DNA of 64,000 nt from an uncultured bacterium (GTDB lineage Bacteria; Spirochaetota; UBA4802; JAGODF01), in NCBI GenBank assembly GCA_937921485.1, contig CAKZSV010000035.1, positions 5,949-69,948 on the forward strand. The letters run 5' to 3'. The notes under the pieces are model-generated. The model ran no database searches, was not told the origin of the DNA, and saw only the letters and a program-made list of their open reading frames with translations. The position numbers and the translations under genes are program-made. This document shows positions 27,126-36,204 of this stretch, in pieces. How positions within the stretch are numbered: position 1 is the first letter of the stretch; each line of letters opens with the position of its first letter.

Positions 27126-28457
27126 TCACTCCGGCGTATTTTCCAGCTCAATGACCGATTCCGCTGATTGGTTTACAGCCGGAAAAATGCCCTTTTCGCG
27201 ATATATCGGCTGAACGATTCTCCGTATTTCAGGAAGCCTTTTTGCGAACAGTACGCCGCCGGCAAGCGCGCACACCCCTCCGATAAAAACCGCCACAGGC
27301 GCGCCGAACGCATTTGCGACATAGCCGGCGAATAAACTGCCCGCTGGCGCAGCACCCATAAACGCCATCACGTACATGCTCATCACCCGGCCGCGCTTGT
27401 CGTCAGCCACAATCGTCTGTATGATGGTATTGCTGGCCGCCATGTTCAAAATCATCGCGCCGCCCGCAATCGCAACAAGCACCAGCGAAAGCGGAAAAAT
27501 TCTTGAGAAAGAAAATCCAATAAGCGCAAAGCCAAATAGAAACATGCCGATTACCACTATGCGTCCAAGCCCCAGCACGCTTGCACGCGTCGCCAAAAAC
27601 ACCGTTGCAGCAAACGCCCCGAATCCGGAAGCTGCAACAAGCGCACCATACACTCCCGAACCTCCGTTCAGCACTTTTGCGGCAATCACAGGAAGCACCA
27701 CCGGAAACGACATTCCCACGAAACTTAACAGCAGAATGAGCAGCAGAAGATCTCTGATAGGTCCGAAGTGCGCAGCATAGACAAATCCTTCTTTCAGTTC
27801 CGTAAAAATCTTCTTCCGCGCCGCGCTGTTCACCCGCTCCGAATTCTTCATCATGCCGAATGCGACAATTGCCCCAAGGTAGGTAGCCGCATTTGCAAAA
27901 AAACACACGGCCTCGCCAAATTGCGCCACAAGCACTCCCGCCATCGCAGGTCCAATGAGACGAGCGCCATTGAATACCGTTGAGTTGAGGGCAATGGCGT
28001 TTCCAAGATCATTCCGATCGTCTACAAGTTCCACCACCAACGATTGCCGAGTGGGCATTTCAAAGGCGTTGATTAACCCCAGAAAAAATGTCAGCGCGAT
28101 GATGTTCCAGAGCATGGCATGCCCGCTTACGGTGACAAGTGCCAGCGATAGAGCCTGAAAAAGCGCCATGATCTGTATAATGATGAGGGCATGTCGTCGA
28201 TTCCATCTATCGTTGAGAACACCGGAAAACGGCGAGATGAGCAAAACGGGAATCTGCCCGGAAAACGCCAGTATTCCAAGAGAAAGCGAAGAATGCGTCA
28301 GGCGATACACAAGCCAGCTCGTCGCAACCGACTGCATCCAGGTTCCTATGAGAGAAATACCCTGTCCGGCGAAAAAAAGACGGTAATTGCGGTAGCGGAA
28401 CGCGCGGAGAGCGCTTTTCGCCATCTTTCCAAAACGCATGTATGCTTTTTGTTTCAT
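27126..28457 (-). CDS. MFS transporter
   Basis: 443 aa with about 12 TM helices. 'YRNYRLFFAGQGISLIGTWMQ' is typical of the MFS_3/EntS-like N-terminus. Confidence 0.88.
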   Translation of the reverse strand: MKQKAYMRFGKMAKSALRAFRYRNYRLFFAGQGISLIGTWMQSVATSWLVYRLTHSSLSLGILAFSGQIPVLLISPFSGVLNDRWNRRHALIIIQIMALFQALSLALVTVSGHAMLWNIIALTFFLGLINAFEMPTRQSLVVELVDDRNDLGNAIALNSTVFNGARLIGPAMAGVLVAQFGEAVCFFANAATYLGAIVAFGMMKNSERVNSAARKKIFTELKEGFVYAAHFGPIRDLLLLILLLSFVGMSFPVVLPVIAAKVLNGGSGVYGALVAASGFGAFAATVFLATRASVLGLGRIVVIGMFLFGFALIGFSFSRIFPLSLVLVAIAGGAMILNMAASNTIIQTIVADDKRGRVMSMYVMAFMGAAPAGSLFAGYVANAFGAPVAVFIGGVCALAGGVLFAKRLPEIRRIVQPIYREKGIFPAVNQSAESVIELENTPE

Positions 28458-28531
28458 CCGCAGGGAATACGGAAGTTATGCAGACATAACGTCAAGATAA
28501 TTTCAATAAACATGTTCGATATCTTTGCCAC

Positions 28532-29317
28532 TCAGTCTGAAAATCCCCGGCAAAACGCATCAACATTTCCCGGCAATGCACTGTGGTTGTAGCCGCCTTC
28601 GAGAATCGCGAACCTCCTTCCCGCGCAGAGCTTCTTAGAATACTCGCGCATGAGCCTTCCGAGCTCGAAATAATCATCCTCTGAAAGAAGTCCTCCCCAG
28701 TCATCGATCCCCTGATCGAAACCGGCTGAGGCGGCGAAAATATCAATACTCTTTAGCGACTTCATATGCGCTTCAACTTCATTGAGATATTCCATGCTTT
28801 CGGCTGACATCGGATTGAGGATGTCAACGCGGAAGCCGTCGGTTCTGTTGCCCAGAATGTTGAGATTTCCGTCTCCCGTGTGAAGATCGAAATCGAGCAC
28901 AAAGGCGGATGTTATTTTCTTTTCATTGAAAAGCTTTAAAAGGGCGATGCTCATGTTATTGAAAAAGCAAAATCCCCAGCAGGAATCGGATGATGCGTGA
29001 TGTCCGGGCGGGCGGATTACCGCAAAAGAAGGAGTGCCATCAAATGCATATTCAGCCGAAGCGATAGCACCTCCGGCCGCCAATGATGAAAGCTCATATA
29101 AAAGCGGATCGCGCTGAATCCGCTGCAGATGCCCCTTCCCGTGCGCGCGCAGAATGTCTTCTTTTGATGCGGCTTCAGGCATAACAACCGCGTAGCGGTC
29201 AGGAAAAGACTCGATGAGTTTCATTATGCCTTCAAGCCTTTTAGGTGATGCTGCCGGATCGCTTGAATAATCGGAATTGTAGTACCGTGGATGGAAGATG
29301 ATATTCATTTTCGCCAT
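28532..29317 (-). CDS. Histone deacetylase-family (HDAC/AcuC/acetylpolyamine amidohydrolase-like) hydrolase, compact form
   Basis: 261 aa. 'AVIRPPGHHA', 'DFDLHTGDGN', 'SAGFD', 'LEGGYN'. Confidence 0.85.
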   Translation of the reverse strand: MAKMNIIFHPRYYNSDYSSDPAASPKRLEGIMKLIESFPDRYAVVMPEAASKEDILRAHGKGHLQRIQRDPLLYELSSLAAGGAIASAEYAFDGTPSFAVIRPPGHHASSDSCWGFCFFNNMSIALLKLFNEKKITSAFVLDFDLHTGDGNLNILGNRTDGFRVDILNPMSAESMEYLNEVEAHMKSLKSIDIFAASAGFDQGIDDWGGLLSEDDYFELGRLMREYSKKLCAGRRFAILEGGYNHSALPGNVDAFCRGFSD

Positions 29318-29326
29318 CGCTTCCTC

Positions 29327-30169
29327 CTAAAAGCTCTGTTCGTGACCAAATGCGCCTCGTCCTTCAAGCGGCGTGTATTCGTACTCCGGATACAGCATTT
29401 TCAATCCCCGAACAATTTTTTGCGCATCCTTCAGCGCGGTCTTCATTCCCCTTCCGAGATGATCGGAACCCGCATCGACAAGGAAATGTTTCTTCCCATC
29501 AACCAGCCCCGCTGTTTTGATATGCCCTCCGTGATTCGGTTTAAAATTGAAATCCGTTCCCATAAGGGCGCTTTCGGTCACCACATGAGGCTTTGTGCCG
29601 ACGGAAAAAAATTTCGGCGTATCGGATTTTTTATCCGTTACGAGCGCCACATACGTGAGATGATCCCCCTCCTGCAGCGAATCGAGCCACATTTTAAATC
29701 GTTCTTTGCACACCCGATCGGGATTGCGCCGTTCCTTGAATCTGCCGATGCGGAATTTTTGCTGAATCGGCACAAAGAGCATCGCGAGGCGGTCTTCCCT
29801 TTTCCAGCGCACTATCTGTTCGGGCACAAACGCGGTGATGACGAATTGCAGAATGCTCGATTGAATCGAAATATTATCTTTGTACAGCGGCCAATTTTTT
29901 ACAACGAGAAGAGCCTCGTCCGCTTTTGGACTGTTTTTAAAAGAACTTGTGCTTCCATAGAGAACGTCGCCGCTTTGAGGGCGGATGATTCCTTCATTTG
30001 CAAGAAGTTCTCCTTCTAAAAGATCGATGACATTGATAACAATGAGACTGCCATCGTCATCGGTTGTGATGAACCCTCCCTGCTGGTCTTTTGATTCGTT
30101 TATGCGACGGATTACCGTTCCCGGCGGAAGAGATGCGGTATCGTTCAATTCACGAAAATAATCTTCCAT
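29327..30169 (-). CDS. Conserved-looking hypothetical protein in an operon with the HDAC-like gene
   Basis: About 280 aa from 'MEDYFRELND' (ATG 30169). It ends 9 nt before the HDAC-like start. No motif recognised. Confidence 0.7.
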   Translation of the reverse strand: MEDYFRELNDTASLPPGTVIRRINESKDQQGGFITTDDDGSLIVINVIDLLEGELLANEGIIRPQSGDVLYGSTSSFKNSPKADEALLVVKNWPLYKDNISIQSSILQFVITAFVPEQIVRWKREDRLAMLFVPIQQKFRIGRFKERRNPDRVCKERFKMWLDSLQEGDHLTYVALVTDKKSDTPKFFSVGTKPHVVTESALMGTDFNFKPNHGGHIKTAGLVDGKKHFLVDAGSDHLGRGMKTALKDAQKIVRGLKMLYPEYEYTPLEGRGAFGHEQSF

Positions 30170-30389
30170 AATCTTCAATCCGTAAAAAATTATGCATGAT
30201 ACCATTTACCATTGAGATTAACAATATAAAAAATCAAGCCGTCAAGAATATTTTATAAAGATCATGTGAAACCATAAGTAAATTTTTTTTAATTATTACA
30301 TTTTTTAATTGCCGTTTTCCACGTACTATGTGTATATTCATTATTGCGAGATGCACCTTCTGAAGCTTTATCATATATTCATGTATTGC

Positions 30390-30418
30390 TTGACAAAAGC
30401 TCAGTGGGTGTATATATT
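30390..30418 (+). promoter_or_regulatory. Near-consensus sigma70-type promoter
   Basis: TTGACA (30390-30395), a 17-nt spacer, then TATATT (30413-30418). It lies about 30 nt upstream of the AGGAGG RBS of the 30451 gene. Confidence 0.55.
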
Positions 30419-30450
30419 TTTATATTCCATCACATTTTCAGGAGGACACG

Positions 30451-30885
30451 ATGAAAAAGCTTTTAGTAGTTGTACTCGGCGCTCTCGTAATTCTTCCCCT
30501 TATCCCCATGAAGGCACAAGCCGGACAGTTTGGCGAGCTTCTCATTGAGCTTGAAACCAGCGTTAACTTTTCAGCACAAACTGACCAATGGAGAGCACGA
30601 AGAAGCGCCTGGATTAGTGAAGTCCGAGCAGCCGGTAGCAATTTAGCTGCACTAAAACGTCTGCTTATTGAGTTCGAAACGAACGTAAACGCGAGCGCAC
30701 AGGTGAACAACTGGATGCAGCGCCGCAATGCATGGATTGCTCGCGTCAATAATGCGGGAAGCATTCAGGCGCTTGGTGCTGCGATGATCGAGGTGGAAAC
30801 TTCAATCAACTACTCTGCACAAACTTCTTCATGGCGAAACCGCAGGAATGGCTGGATTGCCAGGGTACGCGCAGCAACAAACTAA
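30451..30885 (+). CDS. Secreted protein made of three tandem ~40-aa repeats
   Basis: Signal peptide 'MKKLLVVVLGALVILPLIPMKAQA'. The three repeats are 'ELLIELETSVNFSAQTDQWRARRSAWISEVRAAGS', 'RLLIEFETNVNASAQVNNWMQRRNAWIARVNNAGS' and 'AAMIEVETSINYSAQTSSWRNRRNGWIARVRAATN'. Confidence 0.85.
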   Translation: MKKLLVVVLGALVILPLIPMKAQAGQFGELLIELETSVNFSAQTDQWRARRSAWISEVRAAGSNLAALKRLLIEFETNVNASAQVNNWMQRRNAWIARVNNAGSIQALGAAMIEVETSINYSAQTSSWRNRRNGWIARVRAATN

Positions 30886-30905
30886 CGCAAACATGCACAA
30901 TAATG

Positions 30906-30941
30906 AAAAAACCCCGGCGGGATTTCTGCCCGGGGTTTTTT
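30906..30941 (+). terminator. Rho-independent terminator
   Basis: AAAAACCCCGGCGGGATTTCTGCCCGGGGTTTTTT. Confidence 0.85.
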
Positions 30942-30990
30942 GTCGAAAAAATCATTGATAAAAAAATGTGACGCTATTTCATGTGCTGGT

Positions 30991-31896
30991 ATGCACAATG
31001 ATTTTATTTTCAGAATTCTCTGCAACGAATTGAACATCAGAGCGTATGCAGCTTCAACGCTTCATATATCTCGCGAATTGTGTGCGCTGCACGGGACCAC
31101 CCCTCCTGCAACGCTTGCATTTGCCCGCACCATCACCGCAGCGGCACTTCTCAGCGCCACGTTAAAACCCGATTCAGATCAAAATGTGCGTTTGAAATTT
31201 TCCGGAAGCGGGCCGACAAAAGAAATTCATGTGCAGGCTGATGCCCGCGGCTCATTGCGCGGATATATTGCAAACCCCATAGTCGAATACGATGAAGATG
31301 TCGGGAAAATGAGCTTCAGCGGGCTTATTGGCGCGGGATTTCTCACTGTCATCAAAGACCTTGGACTGAAGGAACCATATCAAAGCGTGATGCCGCTTCG
31401 AAGCGGCGACATTGCCGAAGAAATTGCGTATTATCTCACTTATTCGGAGCAGGTGCCATCGGCAATAATCATTGCCGCAAAAATGAATCCAAAGATGGAA
31501 CTCACCGCATCAGGTGGAATTCTGCTTCAGGTATTTCCGGACACAGACATTGCAATCATTGAAGACCTTGAAAAAAAAATCATGGAAAGAAAATCTCTCC
31601 TTGGCGAGCTGCTCGAACGGGGAGAAAGCATCAATGTCTATCTCATGGACGTTTTCGGCGGAAAAGCATTTTCGGTGCTGCACACCACACCGCTTCGCCA
31701 TAACTGCCGGTGCTCGAAAGAAATGCTGCGAGCCATCATGAATGGATTTGTACTTGAAGAGCTTGAAGACATGCTGCAAAAAGATGGAAAGGCGGAAATT
31801 GAATGCGCGTTTTGCAGGAAAAAATATTTCTTCAGCGGCGAAGAACTTCACAAACTTATCAGGGAAAAGAAAAGCGATAGCGTTCAAGGCACGTGA
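30991..31896 (+). CDS. hslO: Redox-regulated chaperone Hsp33
   Basis: C-terminal zinc motif 'HNCRCSKEM...IECAFCRKKY'. ATG 30991 is preferred because the tracked TTG 30940 lies inside the preceding terminator. Confidence 0.92.
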   Translation: MHNDFIFRILCNELNIRAYAASTLHISRELCALHGTTPPATLAFARTITAAALLSATLKPDSDQNVRLKFSGSGPTKEIHVQADARGSLRGYIANPIVEYDEDVGKMSFSGLIGAGFLTVIKDLGLKEPYQSVMPLRSGDIAEEIAYYLTYSEQVPSAIIIAAKMNPKMELTASGGILLQVFPDTDIAIIEDLEKKIMERKSLLGELLERGESINVYLMDVFGGKAFSVLHTTPLRHNCRCSKEMLRAIMNGFVLEELEDMLQKDGKAEIECAFCRKKYFFSGEELHKLIREKKSDSVQGT

Positions 31897-31933
31897 GGTA
31901 GTGATTTATCATTCGTAAAAGATTACAAAAATA

Positions 31934-31960
31934 GAAAACCCGCAGATTTCCCGCGGGTTT
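31934..31960. terminator. Bidirectional intrinsic terminator between hslO and tRNA-Val
   Basis: AAAACCCGC-AGATTTCC-CGCGGGTTTT, with A/T runs on both sides. Confidence 0.7.
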
Positions 31961-31970
31961 TAATACACAC

Positions 31971-32044
31971 ATGGGCGATAATGGACTCGAACCATCGACC
32001 TCCTGCATGTGAGGCAGGCGCTCTAACCGACTGAGCTAATCGCC
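31971..32044 (-). tRNA. tRNA-Val (anticodon CAC)
   Basis: The reverse complement folds as a cloverleaf: GGGCGAT-TA-GCTC-AGTCGGTTA-GAGC-G-CCTGC-CTCACAT-GCAGG-AGGTC-GATGG-TTCGAGT-CCATT-ATCGCCC-A. No CCA is encoded. Confidence 0.93.
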
Positions 32045-32088
32045 CGATTTGTTGCTAATTACAACCGATTACTTTTTTGTCAAGTGAA

Positions 32089-33591
32089 TTATCTTCGCCC
32101 GCCCAAAAGAGAACCTAATATCCCGCGCACAATCTGCCTTCCCACCGTGCTTCCCACCGAACGGGCTGCGCTTTTCATCATGGCATCGACGACGGAATCG
32201 GTTTTGCGCGCAGGCGCCTGCCTTTCCTGCCTGGCGGGTTTTGTGCGCGTTTCAGCACGTTCCTCATTATCCGCGGCCTTAGCCGATTTTTCCGCCCTGG
32301 CTTTCAGCATCTCGAATGCGGACTCCCGGTCGATGGCGGTATCATACGCACCTTTCACCGGGGAGGAATTGATGATGGCTTTCCGCTCTTCGGCGCTGAT
32401 TGGTCCAATCTGTCCCCTTGGAGGCACAATTAACGCGCGCTGCACAATTCCCGGCTTCCCCTCTTCATCGAGGAATGAGACGAGCGCTTCTCCCACGCCA
32501 AGCTCCGTGATGGCCTGCTCAACATCGAGTTTGGGATTGGCGCGGAATGTCTGTGCCGCAGCTTTCACCGCTTTCTGGTCTTTCGGTGTAAATGCCCGCA
32601 AGGCATGCTGCACACGGTTTCCCAGCTGGCCAAGCACCGTTTCTGGTATATCCATCGGATTCTGGGTAATGAAATACACGCCCACCCCTTTCGAGCGAAT
32701 CAGCCGCACCACCTGTTCGATTTTCTCAAGGAGCGCCTTCGGAGCATCGTTGAAAAGGAGATGAGCTTCATCGAAAAAGAACACTATTTTCGGCTTGTCC
32801 AGATCGCCCACTTCCGGGAGAATTTCGAAAAGTTCCGAAAGAAGCCACAGCAGGAATGTCGCGTACAGCTTTGGAGAATTTATCAGCGCATCAGCGGCCA
32901 GTATGTTCACCTGGCCTTTCCCCTTTGAGTCAGTCTGAATAAAATCTTCGACATTGAGCGCAGGCTCTCCAAAAAACATCTCCGCGCCCTGATTCTGGAG
33001 TTCAAGAATACCCCGCTGAATCGCTCCCACGCTTGCGGTGGACACTCGCCCGTATTCGGTGTTGAACTGAGCCGCGTTGTCGCCGACATACTGCAGCATT
33101 GCCCTCAGATCCTTTATGTCTAAAATCGGAAGTCCGCTGTCGTCGGCAATTTTAAATACTAAGTTCAGCGTGCCGGTTTGTGTATCATTCAGATTGAGAA
33201 TTCTGCTCAAGAGCATGGGGCCCATATCGGTGACGGTTGTTCTCACCGGATGGCCTTCTTTTCCATACAGATCCCAGAAAACCGCCGGGAAGCCTTCAAA
33301 TGCATGATCTTTGATTTTGAGTTTTTTTAATCGCTCTGCAAGCTTTTCGCTCTCTTTTCCGGGTTTGCTGATTCCCGAGAGATCTCCCTTGATATCGGCC
33401 ATAAAGACCGGCACTCCGGCCGCGCTGAAATGCTCCGCCATCACCTGGAGGGTTACGGTCTTCCCCGTACCGGTTGCGCCTGCAATGAGGCCGTGCCGAT
33501 TCGCCATGCGCGGAATAATGCATAAATCGCTATCACCTTTTGCGATAAGGAATGAAGCTGCAGAGCCGGCCATGACATCCTCCTGATACAC
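32089..33591 (-). CDS. HerA-like / DUF853 (YjgR-type) P-loop NTPase
   Basis: 500 aa. Walker A 'GATGTGKT', '[13 protein letters not shown]', and the characteristic C-terminus '[17 protein letters not shown]'. Confidence 0.88.
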   Translation of the reverse strand: MYQEDVMAGSAASFLIAKGDSDLCIIPRMANRHGLIAGATGTGKTVTLQVMAEHFSAAGVPVFMADIKGDLSGISKPGKESEKLAERLKKLKIKDHAFEGFPAVFWDLYGKEGHPVRTTVTDMGPMLLSRILNLNDTQTGTLNLVFKIADDSGLPILDIKDLRAMLQYVGDNAAQFNTEYGRVSTASVGAIQRGILELQNQGAEMFFGEPALNVEDFIQTDSKGKGQVNILAADALINSPKLYATFLLWLLSELFEILPEVGDLDKPKIVFFFDEAHLLFNDAPKALLEKIEQVVRLIRSKGVGVYFITQNPMDIPETVLGQLGNRVQHALRAFTPKDQKAVKAAAQTFRANPKLDVEQAITELGVGEALVSFLDEEGKPGIVQRALIVPPRGQIGPISAEERKAIINSSPVKGAYDTAIDRESAFEMLKARAEKSAKAADNEERAETRTKPARQERQAPARKTDSVVDAMMKSAARSVGSTVGRQIVRGILGSLLGGRR

Positions 33592-33845
33592 TTGATATTA
33601 CTCATGAATATTGTATGTATGATTCATCTTCGCATCGAATGTCAATAAAATTATGGGCACATCTAAAAACCGCTTTCATCCTTAAAATTAGCATCAAAAG
33701 AAAGCGGCTTTTGCCTATATATTGTGTCCACAAGGGAACATCCTTAAAAACAGTTTTTAGAAGTTCCCTTATATTCCCGAATACATAAAACGTCAAGGGA
33801 TATTATCGCGATACAGAAATTTCCATTTAGAATGCAATTTTTTTA

Positions 33846-35417
33846 TCACCGCTGAACCCTGAAGCCAATCATCGCGCTTCGCTCAGCGCTGCCCCCATAG
33901 CGTTCGAAATCGATCATCCGCTCAAAGCGGCAATAGAGCTCAAGCGCCACATTGAATCTCATGCGAATCCCGCCTTCTATGCCCCAGGAATAATTATTAT
34001 CATCACCCAGGAAGTATTCGCCGTCCGCTGCGATATACACGACAGCAATGCCATAGTGAAATGCATCCCAGCGAAGTGTTGCGGCATATTTGATATCATA
34101 CGGCATATGTTCCGATCGCAAAAACCAGCCAGCAAAAAACCGGTATTCGAACTGCGGGGCAAACCCGTCACTTCTTCCTGCATCCGCATAATCTATCTCC
34201 CCGCGCCGCATGCCCCTTGAGGCGAAACTCATGCCCAGCAGATGATAGCTTTCATCATGTCCCCGGTATGCATTGCCGTCGCACCGCACCACGCGTTCAT
34301 AGTTTATTCCTGTAAAGAAGCGCTCTGACAGGAAATAGTCAATTCCACCTCCCCACGATAGCGTTATATACCGCGGAAAAAGCGCGTTCCCCTGCGCTTT
34401 GGAGTAATGTGAGGTACCGGCGGAAAACACCACCGCAAGATTATCAATTCGTACCGCGTCCAGATCAGCGCCGATGTGCGTGAGATAGCCGAGATAGTCA
34501 CTGCCAATTCTCTTGCCATAGCCTCCCCTGAAACGGATAGAAGGAAATGCAGTATGTACATCACGCGGCAATAGTACGGATGAATCTGTATATCCGATCC
34601 ATGCTTCGGCTCTCACTCCAAAAATAAATTCATCATCCGAATGTCCTCGATACAACAGCGCATCATGGTGATATTGATACCCCGCAAATACCGAAAACGT
34701 TACAGTAGAGAGCACAGCATATACTCCCATCTCAAGTGTTCTGTCAATACGCGCCCTGTCATCGAACAACGCTTCGAACTCGGCCTCAAGGTACGGCACC
34801 ATTCCCAGAAAATAACAAATATCAAGGCGCAGCACTCCCTTCACTTTGCAATCGTACATAAACTGCTCTGTGTGCAGAGGTATGCCGGCGGAAAAAAGAA
34901 ACTGCGGAATCAGAAGCCACTGAAATGCGTAATTATTATCACCTTGATATGTTCTTTTACCTCCGGGACCCATACCGTGTGAAAAGACCTGCAGGCCTAT
35001 GCCGTACCAGCGAAGTTGATACGCATCAGAATCTTGCGGTTCATCGATCATGTTATAGCAAATATGGTCTAAAAACAATCCTAATGAAAAAAACGAAAAG
35101 CGCCGCGAGAGTTTAAAATACTCCATCAGATATTCAAGGCGAAAAGGATGAAATTTTTCCTCATATCTATCGGAAGTCAAAAGGCGCTCATTGACAAGAA
35201 ACGACGCATCGAACGCGCCGTACCGCGCGATGTGGATTTCAATTTTTTTTCGGGAAATTGAGGTGAAACCGGCTTCACTCCCCGAAGAAGAGGCGGCATC
35301 TGCCATAAAATACGCTCCTGGAAGGAAGATGAATGAATCTTCCTCCATAGCCCGAGCGCTACCAGCATTCGCAAGAGATACACATAGAAGAATCGGAATC
35401 AGCACCGCCCATTTCAA
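33846..35417 (-). CDS. Hypothetical outer-membrane beta-barrel-like protein
   Basis: 523 aa. Signal peptide 'MKWAVLIPILLCVSLANAGSARA'. Aromatic- and Gly-rich alternating strands throughout. C-terminus 'AMIGFRVQR'. Confidence 0.7.
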   Translation of the reverse strand: MKWAVLIPILLCVSLANAGSARAMEEDSFIFLPGAYFMADAASSSGSEAGFTSISRKKIEIHIARYGAFDASFLVNERLLTSDRYEEKFHPFRLEYLMEYFKLSRRFSFFSLGLFLDHICYNMIDEPQDSDAYQLRWYGIGLQVFSHGMGPGGKRTYQGDNNYAFQWLLIPQFLFSAGIPLHTEQFMYDCKVKGVLRLDICYFLGMVPYLEAEFEALFDDRARIDRTLEMGVYAVLSTVTFSVFAGYQYHHDALLYRGHSDDEFIFGVRAEAWIGYTDSSVLLPRDVHTAFPSIRFRGGYGKRIGSDYLGYLTHIGADLDAVRIDNLAVVFSAGTSHYSKAQGNALFPRYITLSWGGGIDYFLSERFFTGINYERVVRCDGNAYRGHDESYHLLGMSFASRGMRRGEIDYADAGRSDGFAPQFEYRFFAGWFLRSEHMPYDIKYAATLRWDAFHYGIAVVYIAADGEYFLGDDNNYSWGIEGGIRMRFNVALELYCRFERMIDFERYGGSAERSAMIGFRVQR

Positions 35418-35433
35418 AAGCGCGCCTCACGCA

Positions 35434-35634
35434 TCAGCCCGGGATTCTCTTCACCGAGCCGTTGGAAATCATTTCCTGGAGATTCGCAAGAAGGCTTTTT
35501 TCATGTGCGTCAATTTTCCCGTCTTCTTCTGCAAGAAAAATGATCTGTTCATATTCCGTGGTTGTGATCTTACCATCATCGATGGCTTTTTTAATCAGTT
35601 CTGCCAATTTTCTTCCGCTATCAGTTACCGCCAT
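35434..35634 (-). CDS. Small hypothetical protein with a TerB/DjlA-N-like 'DGKIxxxE' repeat pattern
   Basis: GGAGGG RBS before ATG 35634. 'AIDDGKITTTEYEQIIFLAEEDGKIDAHEKSLLANL'. Ends 16 nt upstream of the barrel gene. Confidence 0.6.
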   Translation of the reverse strand: MAVTDSGRKLAELIKKAIDDGKITTTEYEQIIFLAEEDGKIDAHEKSLLANLQEMISNGSVKRIPG

Positions 35635-35731
35635 AATCACCCTCCATAATTATAATTCAATTTCGCTTTTCGCATCACTCCTTCAAATCGCAAAAAAAGG
35701 CCGATTTTGTCAAGATAGATTCATTGATGAC

Positions 35732-35758
35732 AAAAAAAGACCGGCTTCAGTGCCGGTC
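35732..35758 (-). terminator. Rho-independent terminator of cspA
   Basis: Minus strand reads GACCGGC-ACTGAA-GCCGGTC followed by T7. Confidence 0.8.
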
Positions 35759-35786
35759 CTTCATTTTGCTTTTAATTATTAAAAAA

Positions 35787-35987
35787 TTATATCGTTCTCA
35801 CAGAAACCGCACGCGGCCCCTTATCGCTTGTTTCGATCTCAAACTCTACTTTGTCGCCTTCATTGAGGGTCCGGAAGCCGTCACCCTGAATACCCGTATA
35901 GTGGACAAAAACATCCCCACCCTCTTCATTTGAGATGAACCCGTATCCTTTTTTTTCGTTGAACCACTTAATTACTCCCTTCGGCAT
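35787..35987 (-). CDS. cspA: Cold-shock protein (CspA family)
   Basis: '[15 protein letters not shown]' (RNP1) and 'DVFVHYTGI' (RNP2). A possible TTGACA promoter near 36133-36128 would give a ~130-nt 5' UTR. Confidence 0.95.
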   Translation of the reverse strand: MPKGVIKWFNEKKGYGFISNEEGGDVFVHYTGIQGDGFRTLNEGDKVEFEIETSDKGPRAVSVRTI

Positions 35988-36204
35988 AAAAAATCTCCTT
36001 GAAAAAATGTTGCTGAAAGTACAGGAACCGCCTTTCGAACCGATGATTACAATAATACTTCTTACCCCTGCAACGTCGGCTTGGTCATTCCTCCCTTTCG
36101 TTTACCTCATTACCATGCTAAAATTATTTGTCAATATTTTATTTAAAAGCATAAATATTTTTTATGAGTTACCAGGAAAAAAGCATCTCCGTAAATGATT
36201 CCGC

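Noticed and set aside
30940-30990. TTG start for hslO at 30940
   Set aside because: The codon lies within the T-run of the preceding terminator, and the extra 17 residues are not Hsp33-like. ATG 30991 was chosen instead.
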